Positions 29,401-38,977 of a stretch of 64,000 bases of DNA are shown in pieces (position 1 is the first letter of the stretch; every line of letters starts with the position of its first letter). Origin of the DNA: Asaia bogorensis (GTDB lineage: Bacteria; Bacteroidota; Bacteroidia; Chitinophagales; Chitinophagaceae); the NCBI GenBank assembly GCA_943371535.1, contig CALRVE020000009.1, positions 21,262-85,261 of the forward strand, given 5' to 3'. The notes under the pieces were generated by a model that saw only the letters and a program-made list of their open reading frames with translations, ran no database searches and had not been told where the DNA came from. The position numbers and the translations under genes are program-made.

Positions 29401-30285
29401 TTACCACTTTAAGCCAGGATAATGATCTACCGTTTCAAAAACATAATTGGGATTTTGTTGAATAAGCCCAATAAACTTAGCCAAAGAATCTTTATAAGCT
29501 GGCGTTCGAAACATTCTATCATGGGTTAAAATCATTACATGTTTAGGCACATGACTATGATTTTTGGCAGCATAATGCACTTCAGAAGCTACTTTAGCAG
29601 GTGTTTGAACAGGGTACGATGCTCCTCTAGTAAACCTCCATTCTACATCCCAACCAATTACATTATAACCTGCACTATCTAATTTATTGCAAACAGGTTT
29701 TACAAGTGTATTAGCCCTCATTACACCATTTCTCATCCAAGCATTATTACCCGGCAATCGAATAATTTTATATGGAACATTCAAACTATCCTGAGCTTTA
29801 TAAAAGTCTTGTTCGGCAATATCTACATGTTTATAAAAATAATTATACTGTTCTTTAGCATGTGTATAGCTATGATTGGCTAATAAAATTTGCGGATAAG
29901 CATCCCGTATATTTTGTACCAATTGCTTACCCCATTTATCTGTAGCATGTCTTCCAACCATAAAAAAAGTGGCTTTTACACCCATTTGCTTACACAATTC
30001 AAAGCAATCTTTTGTACCACCATGCGGACCATCATCAAATGTTAAATACACATACGTTTTAGTGCTGTCGTATATAAATGGTTTTCTTTCAAACTTAGCT
30101 TTATCAGGATTAATTATTTCAGGCTCAGTAGATTGCTTGTTTTCAACAGTAGTGTTATTGTAATCATTCAAATTTTCCGAATTATTATTACAGGCAATAA
30201 AAACAACACAAGCACACAAGCACCATAAACATTTTAGTTGTTTAAACATTAGTAGAAATCTCATACAAAGGGTTTGAACAAACAA
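29401..30285 (-). CDS. Polysaccharide deacetylase family protein (CE4-like), probable lipoprotein
   Basis: YLTFDDGPHGGT motif and a lipobox-like VVFIAC. The start may be an internal ATG (30264 or 30246). Confidence 0.8.
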   Translation of the reverse strand: MFVQTLCMRFLLMFKQLKCLWCLCACVVFIACNNNSENLNDYNNTTVENKQSTEPEIINPDKAKFERKPFIYDSTKTYVYLTFDDGPHGGTKDCFELCKQMGVKATFFMVGRHATDKWGKQLVQNIRDAYPQILLANHSYTHAKEQYNYFYKHVDIAEQDFYKAQDSLNVPYKIIRLPGNNAWMRNGVMRANTLVKPVCNKLDSAGYNVIGWDVEWRFTRGASYPVQTPAKVASEVHYAAKNHSHVPKHVMILTHDRMFRTPAYKDSLAKFIGLIQQNPNYVFETVDHYPGLKW

Positions 30286-30435
30286 AGTTAACGTGGAGTA
30301 TATAAGTTTTTGTACCCAACAGCCGCATTTACAAAAAAATGGCTATTCTCTTTTTATGAACATTGGCAACGTTACCAAAATTGAACGATGTAATAATGGT
30401 AGCAATTACTACATTCGCATATATAACTACTAACG

Positions 30436-32283
30436 ATGAATACAAAAGAAGAACTACTACAAGACGTAGTAATCAAATTTGCAGGTGATAGTGGAGATGG
30501 AATGCAATTAACAGGACAACAATTTACCAACAACACTGCTCTTTTGGGAATTGATCTTGCCACTTTCCCAGATTTCCCTGCCGAAATTCGTGCCCCAATT
30601 GGTACCCTACCGGGTGTAAGTGGTTTTCAATTACACTTCTCTTCAAACAAAGTATATACACCAGGAGATATTGCTGATGTATTAGTTGCCATGAATGCTG
30701 CTGCATTGAAAGTAAACCTGAAAAGCATAAAACCGGGCGGAAAAATTATTGCCAATATTGATGGTTTTGATAGTAAAAATTTACGTTTAGCCAATTATCC
30801 TGATGGCGTAAATCCTTTAGAAGATGGCAGTTTAGATAGCTATGAATTGATAAAAATTGATGTTACCAAACTTACCAGAGAATCACTAAAAGACTTTACC
30901 GATTTAGGTACCAAAGAGAGAGACCGAGCAAAAAATATGTTTGTATTGGGCTACATCTATTGGATGTACAATAGAACATTGGACAATACAATAGACTTTT
31001 TAAAAGAAAAATTTGGTAAAAAAGATACCATTTTACAAAGTAATATCAAGGTATTACAAGCAGGTTACAACTATGGCGATACAACCGAAACTTTTACTAC
31101 ACGTTACAAAGTAGAAAAAGCTAAAATGCCTGCTGGTACTTACAGAAGTATTATGGGTAACCAAGCATTAACCTATGGATTAATTGCTGCTGCTGAAAAA
31201 AGTGGTTTACCCATGTTTTTAGGCTCGTATCCAATTACACCTGCCAGTGATATTTTACATGAATTAAGTAAGTACAAAAATTTTGGTATTAGAACTTTTC
31301 AAGCAGAAGACGAAATTGCAGCCATTACAAGTACCATTGGTGCTAGCTATGGTGGTCAATTAGGTATTACAACAACTTCTGGTCCGGGTATGGCATTAAA
31401 AGCTGAAGCAATGGGCTTGGCTGTAATGTTGGAAATTCCTTTGGTAATTATAAATATACAACGTGGTGGGCCAAGTACAGGCTTACCAACTAAGACTGAA
31501 CAAAGTGATTTAATGCAAGCTTATTATGGCAGAAATGGTGAGTGCCCAATGCCTATTGTTGCATCTAGCACACCAAGCGATTGTTTTGAAGCTGCATTTG
31601 AAGCCTGTAGAATTGCTTTACAACACATGACTCCAGTTGTTTTGTTGAGCGATGGTTATATTGCCAATGGTGCCGAGCCTTGGAAATTTCCTAAAGCCGA
31701 TGATTTACCCAACATTGAAGTGAAGTTTAAAACTGAACTAAGCGAAGGCGAAGAAAAATATTTACCGTATTTGCGTGATGAAAAATTGGCTCGTCCTTGG
31801 GCTGTTCCAGGCACACTAGGTTTAGAACATAGAATTGGTGGATTAGAAAAACAAAACATTACTGGTAATGTAAACTACGAACCTGAGAATCATCAGTTGA
31901 TGGTGAACATACGTCAGGAGAAAGTAGATAAAATTGCTCAATATATTCCAGAACAAAAATTAGATAGCGGACCAGAAAAAGGCAAAGTATTGGTTTTAGG
32001 CTGGGGTAGTACATATGGTGCCATTAAAAGTGCAGTATTAGAATTACAAGCCGAAGGTCATGCTGTAAGCCATGCACATATACGTTATATACGTCCTTTT
32101 CCTAAAAACTTAGGAGACATTATTAAGAACTTCGATAAAGTATTGATTCCTGAAATTAATAGCGGACAATTAATAAAAATTATTCGTGATGTTTATATGG
32201 TAGATGCTCAAGGTTACAATAAAGTAATGGGTGTGCCTATTTACAAAAGTGAACTAGTTGATGTATTGAAGAAAATGTTGTAA
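30436..32283 (+). CDS. korA: 2-oxoacid:acceptor (ferredoxin) oxidoreductase, alpha subunit
   Basis: 615 aa, fused gamma/alpha-type architecture (KFAGDSGDGMQ..; GSYPITPASDILH; GPGMALK). Confidence 0.88.
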   Translation: MNTKEELLQDVVIKFAGDSGDGMQLTGQQFTNNTALLGIDLATFPDFPAEIRAPIGTLPGVSGFQLHFSSNKVYTPGDIADVLVAMNAAALKVNLKSIKPGGKIIANIDGFDSKNLRLANYPDGVNPLEDGSLDSYELIKIDVTKLTRESLKDFTDLGTKERDRAKNMFVLGYIYWMYNRTLDNTIDFLKEKFGKKDTILQSNIKVLQAGYNYGDTTETFTTRYKVEKAKMPAGTYRSIMGNQALTYGLIAAAEKSGLPMFLGSYPITPASDILHELSKYKNFGIRTFQAEDEIAAITSTIGASYGGQLGITTTSGPGMALKAEAMGLAVMLEIPLVIINIQRGGPSTGLPTKTEQSDLMQAYYGRNGECPMPIVASSTPSDCFEAAFEACRIALQHMTPVVLLSDGYIANGAEPWKFPKADDLPNIEVKFKTELSEGEEKYLPYLRDEKLARPWAVPGTLGLEHRIGGLEKQNITGNVNYEPENHQLMVNIRQEKVDKIAQYIPEQKLDSGPEKGKVLVLGWGSTYGAIKSAVLELQAEGHAVSHAHIRYIRPFPKNLGDIIKNFDKVLIPEINSGQLIKIIRDVYMVDAQGYNKVMGVPIYKSELVDVLKKML

Positions 32284-32303
32284 CAAAAATTTTATATTTT
32301 GAA

Positions 32304-32331
32304 AGCTCTGCAGTATTGCAGGGCTTTTTTT
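32304..32331 (+). terminator. Rho-independent terminator after korA
   Basis: AGCTCTGCA-gtat-TGCAGGGCT followed by TTTTTTT. Confidence 0.6.
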
Positions 32332-32342
32332 ATTTTTATACT

Positions 32343-32669
32343 ATGGATATAGAACAACTCAGAAACTACGCATTAAGCAAACCCAATACAGAAGAATCTT
32401 TTCCGTTTGGAGATGATACTTTGGTATTTAAAGTAAATGGAAAGATTTTTTTGTTAACTGGATTAGACAATCAGCCATTACAGTTTAACGTAAAATGCAA
32501 TCCTGATAAAGCCATTGAGTTAAGAGAAGCATTTCCTGATGCAGTTTTACCCGGTTATCACATGAACAAAAAACACTGGAACACCATTGTTGTAAATGGA
32601 CAACTCAGCAATCAACAATTAAAAGAAATGGTGGATGATTCTTATAATTTAGTGAAGGGGAAGAAATAA
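32343..32669 (+). CDS. MmcQ/YjbR family DNA-binding protein
   Basis: MDIEQLRNYALSKPNTEESFPFGDDTLVFKV.GKIF is the typical YjbR N-terminus. The ATG at 32343 is preferred because the longer ORF would begin inside the terminator. Confidence 0.75.
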   Translation: MDIEQLRNYALSKPNTEESFPFGDDTLVFKVNGKIFLLTGLDNQPLQFNVKCNPDKAIELREAFPDAVLPGYHMNKKHWNTIVVNGQLSNQQLKEMVDDSYNLVKGKK

Positions 32670-32763
32670 GTTCTTTGCGATAAAATTAACCACAAAGGTC
32701 ACAAAGGTTTCGCAATGACAAGACAAAGCTTAAAACTTTAATCTGATGAATAAAGTACAAAGC

Positions 32764-32781
32764 GTTGAAGAGTGCGACGCC
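32764..32781. repeat. Second copy of GTTGAAGAGTGCGACGCC
   Basis: Exact match to 8908..8925. The adjacent GCTTCATGCTT (32788..32798) recurs at 34226..34236. Confidence 0.6.
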
Positions 32782-32823
32782 GAAAAAGCTTCATGCTTAT
32801 TCTAAAGTTCGGTTCAAAAAAAA

Positions 32824-33474
32824 TTACTTACTCAACACTTCTTTTTTATAAAATTTACATTCTCGGGTTAAGCCACATTCGTTACATTTTGGACTACGAG
32901 CTGTGCAAGTATAACGACCATGTAAAATAAGCCAATGATGGGCTTTATGCACTAGTTCGGATGGTATGTTTTTAATCAACTCTTTTTCTACCGCCAAAGG
33001 TGTTGTTGCAGTTGCAGGCACCAAACCCAAACGTTTACTTACACGGTTTACATGTGTATCAACCGCCATATTGGGTTGTGCATCTATAACGCTGGTAATT
33101 ACATTGGCTGTTTTTCGTCCAACTCCTGGTAATTGCACCAATTCATCAACCGTCATGGGTACTTCCCCATTAAATTTATCCAATAACATATTGGCCATGC
33201 CAATTAAATGTTTGGTTTTATTGTTGGGGTAAGAAATGCTTTTGATAAGAGGAAACAACTCATCGAAACTGGCTTTTGCCATTTCGTTGGGTGTAGGATA
33301 CACGTTGAAGATTGCAGGTGTAGTAAGGTTTACACGTTTATCGGTACACTGAGCCGATAAAATTACTGCTACCAATAGTTGATAAGGATTATCATACAAT
33401 AATTCTGTTTCGGCAACAGGTACATGTTCTTGAAAGTAGTCAATAACAAACCGGTATCTTTCTTTCTTTGTCAT
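32824..33474 (-). CDS. nth: Endonuclease III
   Basis: HhH-GPD motif (LPGVGRKTANV), catalytic K/D context, and a C-terminal 4Fe-4S cluster C..C..C..C. Confidence 0.93.
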   Translation of the reverse strand: MTKKERYRFVIDYFQEHVPVAETELLYDNPYQLLVAVILSAQCTDKRVNLTTPAIFNVYPTPNEMAKASFDELFPLIKSISYPNNKTKHLIGMANMLLDKFNGEVPMTVDELVQLPGVGRKTANVITSVIDAQPNMAVDTHVNRVSKRLGLVPATATTPLAVEKELIKNIPSELVHKAHHWLILHGRYTCTARSPKCNECGLTRECKFYKKEVLSK

Positions 33475-33543
33475 AGTTTTTGTATAACGAAGAAATAAAG
33501 ATACCGGTTCAAATTAATTTTTGCGGTTAACAACTAGTTTTTG

Positions 33544-33780
33544 CTAAGCAGTCGTAGCAATTTCGGTAGATTTTGCATAGTTTAAAATAGCATTTACACT
33601 GCTTGTTCTGGGCGATTTTAACTTTAAAGAATCTAATTGCTTTACAGTTCTTTTCAGCATTTTTAATTCTTCTTGTAATTCCCAGTCTTCCTGTAACGCT
33701 TCTTCAATAGCAAATCTTACCTCTCTAGAAGCCTCTCCATACAAATATTGCATGAGAACCTCTTGCTTAAATTTTTCCAT
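33544..33780 (-). CDS. Hypothetical small protein
   Basis: The ORF begins at ATG 33780 (MEKFKQEVLMQYLYGE..); the track ORF uses an upstream GTG. No family recognised. Confidence 0.45.
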   Translation of the reverse strand: MEKFKQEVLMQYLYGEASREVRFAIEEALQEDWELQEELKMLKRTVKQLDSLKLKSPRTSSVNAILNYAKSTEIATTA

Positions 33781-33861
33781 AAAATCGATGTAGTGAGTGA
33801 AATAATCCAAATTCCGAAACAACACTATTAAAACGGCAAAGGAGCAATTATATTGTTTATA

Positions 33862-34173
33862 TTATTTTTTTGTTGCCAAAGTATCTTCTATAATAAACAC
33901 ATCTTCTCCATCTTTTTTAAGCATATAACGCTCTCGAGCAAATTTTTCTATTGCAGCCGGATTACTCTGAAAATCAGTGAGTTCTTGCTTGGCTTTTTCA
34001 ATTTCTTGTTGATAATACTGCTTTTTTTCTACCAAAGAATTCAGCTCTTTTCTTTTTTCTAAAGTTGAAAAAAAATCTTTTTGATCAAAAAAAAGCATCC
34101 ACACAAAAAAGAAGCCTATGGCTAATAAGTATTTATTGGTAAGTAAAGGAGCAATATTTTTCATTGAATTCAT
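33862..34173 (-). CDS. Septum formation initiator (FtsB/DivIC-like) family protein
   Basis: One N-terminal TM segment followed by a coiled coil (LEKRKELNSLVEKKQYYQQEIEKAKQELTDF) and ..ERYMLKKDGEDVF. Confidence 0.7.
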   Translation of the reverse strand: MNSMKNIAPLLTNKYLLAIGFFFVWMLFFDQKDFFSTLEKRKELNSLVEKKQYYQQEIEKAKQELTDFQSNPAAIEKFARERYMLKKDGEDVFIIEDTLATKK

Positions 34174-34177
34174 TTTT

Positions 34178-34294
34178 GGCGTTCCCTGTTGGGTTGGGCT
34201 TTACGCTACAAGTCCTCACTTCAAGGCTTCATGCTTCAGCCTTTTGTTATGGGCTTTAGTCCTGAGCCTGTCGATGGACAATCCCTAACGCAAG
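34178..34294. repeat. GC-richer composite intergenic element (words TGGGCTTTA x2, AGTCCT x2, GCTTCATGCTT, ..AATCCCTAACGC)
   Basis: Its composition stands out from the AT-rich flanks. It has internal direct word repeats and shares an 11-mer with 32788..32798. Confidence 0.45.
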
Positions 34295-34380
34295 TCTTCA
34301 AATTTAAAAGTAAAGTAAAAACTAAAATTGGTTTTGGCAAATTGAATTCTATTAACAGTTGTTATTAAGCCTCATTAACT

Positions 34381-34407
34381 AAAAAAGCCCCACTTTATAG
34401 TGAGGCT
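34381..34407 (-). terminator. Rho-independent terminator of eno
   Basis: AGCCCCACT-ttat-AGTGAGGCT (one mismatch), with a T-run on the minus strand. Confidence 0.65.
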
Positions 34408-34430
34408 TTGTACAAAACTATTTACAAGTA

Positions 34431-35768
<1,338 letters not shown>

Positions 35769-35836
35769 TTATTGTTTTGTGTGCAAAATTGCATTTTATC
35801 TGTTAATTAATGAATGTTATTCATCATGTTTTCATG

Positions 35837-36547
35837 TTAACTTACTGTTGCCGAAGTTAATGATCTGAAAACTTCCTCCAAACTTTGGCCTTTTTGCAAA
35901 TTTTCTAATTTGTCATCAGCCACAATTTGTCCTTTGTTTATAACAATAATTCTATCGCAAATAGCTTCTACTTCTTGTAAAATATGACTTGAAAAAATAA
36001 CCGTTTTATCTTTTCCTTGCTCTTTAATTACATTTCTAATTTCTACAATTTGATTGGGGTCTAAACCACTTGTGGGTTCATCTAAAATTAATACTTCTGG
36101 ATTATGAATTAATGCTGCTGCCAACCCAACACGTTGCTTGTAACCTTTAGATAATTGACCAATTTTTTTGTGTTGCTCAACTTGTAAGCCAGTAAGTTCA
36201 ATAACATTGGAGATGCTAGATGCTGGATGTTGGATATTGTGAACGCCTGCAATAAAAGCTAAATATTCTTTTACATACATGTCGTAATATAAAGCATTGC
36301 TTTCGGGTAAATAACCAATCTTCTTTTTTACAGCAATAGGGTTTGTTTGTACATCAATTCCTGCAACTAAAGCATTGCCATTGGTAGCTTGCAAATAACC
36401 TGTAAGTATTTTCATGGTAGTGCTTTTGCCTGCACCATTAGGACCTAAAAAGCCAACTATTTCGCCTTTATTAATATTGAATGAAATATTATTGACTGCT
36501 TTTTGAGCACCGTACACTTTTGTTAATTGTTCAACTTGAATAGACAT
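35837..36547 (-). CDS. ABC transporter ATP-binding protein
   Basis: Walker A (GPNGAGKSTT), signature (LSKGYKQR) and Walker B (ILILDEPTSGLD). There is no permease gene adjacent. Confidence 0.9.
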   Translation of the reverse strand: MSIQVEQLTKVYGAQKAVNNISFNINKGEIVGFLGPNGAGKSTTMKILTGYLQATNGNALVAGIDVQTNPIAVKKKIGYLPESNALYYDMYVKEYLAFIAGVHNIQHPASSISNVIELTGLQVEQHKKIGQLSKGYKQRVGLAAALIHNPEVLILDEPTSGLDPNQIVEIRNVIKEQGKDKTVIFSSHILQEVEAICDRIIVINKGQIVADDKLENLQKGQSLEEVFRSLTSATVS

Positions 36548-36560
36548 GCAATAAAAATAA

Positions 36561-36848
36561 TTAAGTTGGAATAAACATGGGCAATAATGAAACCAATATA
36601 ATTAAACCCAATACCGCATACATGCCTAAAGTAATTACATTACTTATACGCATTAAGGTTTTTTTGGTATTTGTATCACTCATTTCTTGATCATCTTGGC
36701 CAAACCATTTAAATACGGCAAAAATTAATCCATTAAATCCTTCTAATTGTTTATTAAAAGAAAATGATAGTAACACTTTTATTACAACTACTATGCATAG
36801 TAATAACCAAAAATATAAGTAATATGAAGCCAATAATTTAACTATCAT
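36561..36848 (-). CDS. Hypothetical small membrane protein
   Basis: 95 aa with 2-3 hydrophobic segments. No family recognised. Confidence 0.4.
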   Translation of the reverse strand: MIVKLLASYYLYFWLLLCIVVVIKVLLSFSFNKQLEGFNGLIFAVFKWFGQDDQEMSDTNTKKTLMRISNVITLGMYAVLGLIILVSLLPMFIPT

Positions 36849-36964
36849 AATTGCTGCAAAAATGCTTTGCTAAATTTCTATTAGTTTATAACATAGAAGG
36901 GGCAAAAGTAACTCAATTTTAAAGCAATTGGCTGCCAAAAATTACTTCAAGTGTAAAAACTTGT

Positions 36965-37195
36965 TTAATCATCTAACTTATACTCATCTTTTAAGGCATA
37001 ATATCCAAATAATGCCATTCCAATTGCTATTGGAGTAAATATACTAATGATAATAATCCAAGGCATAGGTTGGTTAATTTCTAACTTACCATCGGCTTGA
37101 ATATTTTCTAGAGCTGTTTTTATTAATAATACTATTGCACCAATGGCAATTATTATCCAAACCAATCCTAAATATTTTTTTATAGTGTTCATCAT
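36965..37195 (-). CDS. Small two-TM membrane protein, start codon abutting the MFS stop codon
   Basis: 76 aa with two TM helices. On the minus strand the sequence reads ..AAT TAA ATG ATG.., so the MFS stop is directly followed by this start. Confidence 0.55.
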   Translation of the reverse strand: MMNTIKKYLGLVWIIIAIGAIVLLIKTALENIQADGKLEINQPMPWIIIISIFTPIAIGMALFGYYALKDEYKLDD

Positions 37196-38737
37196 TTAAT
37201 TTTTAGGTGTTTCGTGAATGTATTGATTTTCGTTATCGCTCACATCTTCATCTTCTTTGTTGGTTAAATACAATAATCCAATTACAAAACAAACTGCTGC
37301 AACACCAATTGGATACCATAATCCATTTAAATAATCTTTACCCGATGATACCGTAATTAATGTTGCAATAAAAGGTACCAATCCTCCAAAAACTCCATTG
37401 CCAATATGATAAGGTAAGCTCATACTTGTGTAACGAATTTTTGTGGGGAATAATTCTACTAAAAATGCTGCAATTGGGCCGTACACCATTGTAACAAAAA
37501 ATACCAATGCAAATACCAATGCAATTAACTTCCATTGATAACTATCGTCTAGTATTAAGCTTTTTTTACTTTCTAGTAAAAGAAGGTTATCGGGTTTTTT
37601 GGTTTCTTGTGTGTATCTATCAATTTGTGTTAATGAACTTCCGTCGGTGTAACTTGCTGTTGTTGTTTTTATAATAATAGAATCATTGGCATTTTCTGAA
37701 TTAATTTTCTTTTCAATATTAATAGCCGATTGAACTTCTACCTTTTGTGCAACATCACTCATATTAAACATAGCTGTAAAAATGGGTCTATAACAAACTA
37801 CAGCTAATAACATTCCTGTTAGCATAATGGCTTTACGCCCAATTTTATCGCTTAACCAACCAAATACCACAAAAAAAGGAGTAGCCAATAACAATGCAAT
37901 ACCCAACCAAGTATTGGTTTGTGTGGGCTCTAATCCGCAGGTTTTTAATAAAAATGTTTGAGCATAAAATTGTCCTGTATACCAAACTACACCTTGCCCC
38001 ATAGTTGCACCAAATAATGCCAATAAAACCATCTTTAAATTAGTTTTATTGCCAAAACTTTCTTTCAACGGATTTACACTTGTTTTGCCTTCGCTTTTTA
38101 GTTTAGCAAACAGTGGACTCTCGTTCATTTTCATTCTTATTAAAATAGATACAAGCACCAATACAATGCTTAATAAAAATGGTAAACGCCAGCCCCAATC
38201 GTTAAAGGCTTCTTTGCTTAAATTTTTTTGAACGGTGATAATTACAATTAAAGAAACAAACAAACCCAATGTGGCTGTGGTTTGTATCCAACTAGTGTAG
38301 AAGCCTCGTTTATGTAATGGAGCATGTTCTGCAACATAAGTAGCAGCTCCACCATACTCACCTCCTAGGGCTAAGCCTTGTAATAAACGTAGTAATAGAA
38401 TTAAGTATGGAGCCAAATGAAAGTTTTCATACGATGGAATACAACCAATTAAAAAAGTAGAACCTCCCATGATAACAAGGGTAAGTAAAAATGTATGCTT
38501 TCGCCCAATAATATCGCCCAATCTTCCAAAAAATAAAGCTCCAAAAGGTCGTACAATAAAACCTGCAGCAAAGGTTGCCAAGGTTGCTAAAAATGCAGCA
38601 GTAGGATTACCAGATGGAAAAAATTTTTCTGAGATAATGGTAGCCAAACTTCCAAAAATGTAGAAGTCGTACCACTCAATTAAAGTTCCTACCGATGAAG
38701 CTCCAATAACTTTCCAAATACCTTTTTCAGATGACAT
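37196..38737 (-). CDS. MFS transporter, metabolite:H+ symporter (MHS) family
   Basis: GTLIEWYDFYIFGSLA and GRLGDIIGRK motifs, and 12 TM segments with a long central loop. The ATG at 38737 (MSSEKG) is preferred. Confidence 0.85.
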   Translation of the reverse strand: MSSEKGIWKVIGASSVGTLIEWYDFYIFGSLATIISEKFFPSGNPTAAFLATLATFAAGFIVRPFGALFFGRLGDIIGRKHTFLLTLVIMGGSTFLIGCIPSYENFHLAPYLILLLRLLQGLALGGEYGGAATYVAEHAPLHKRGFYTSWIQTTATLGLFVSLIVIITVQKNLSKEAFNDWGWRLPFLLSIVLVLVSILIRMKMNESPLFAKLKSEGKTSVNPLKESFGNKTNLKMVLLALFGATMGQGVVWYTGQFYAQTFLLKTCGLEPTQTNTWLGIALLLATPFFVVFGWLSDKIGRKAIMLTGMLLAVVCYRPIFTAMFNMSDVAQKVEVQSAINIEKKINSENANDSIIIKTTTASYTDGSSLTQIDRYTQETKKPDNLLLLESKKSLILDDSYQWKLIALVFALVFFVTMVYGPIAAFLVELFPTKIRYTSMSLPYHIGNGVFGGLVPFIATLITVSSGKDYLNGLWYPIGVAAVCFVIGLLYLTNKEDEDVSDNENQYIHETPKN

Positions 38738-38977
38738 AAGCAATAATGTAATGAATGAATAATAATTGCACAGTAGGTAAACAATGAGGGCATGAACATA
38801 CACGATAAAAATTAATTCACAAAAATTTACTTAACTCTAAGTTGAATAAATTGTACTAACAAAAGTTAGTATTTTATTTAAATTGAATGGCAACATTGTT
38901 TAAAAGTGTATTCATCAATTTTTACTCCTTTTAAAAAAGCAATGTCTTATTTTTAAAGCCTGAACAAATCGATTGCA

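Noticed and set aside
33853-34062. 69-aa plus-strand ORF overlapping the ftsB-like gene
   Set aside because: It is antisense to a gene with a clear TM plus coiled-coil signature, and its translation is a Phe/Ile/Leu-rich artefact of AT-rich antisense sequence.
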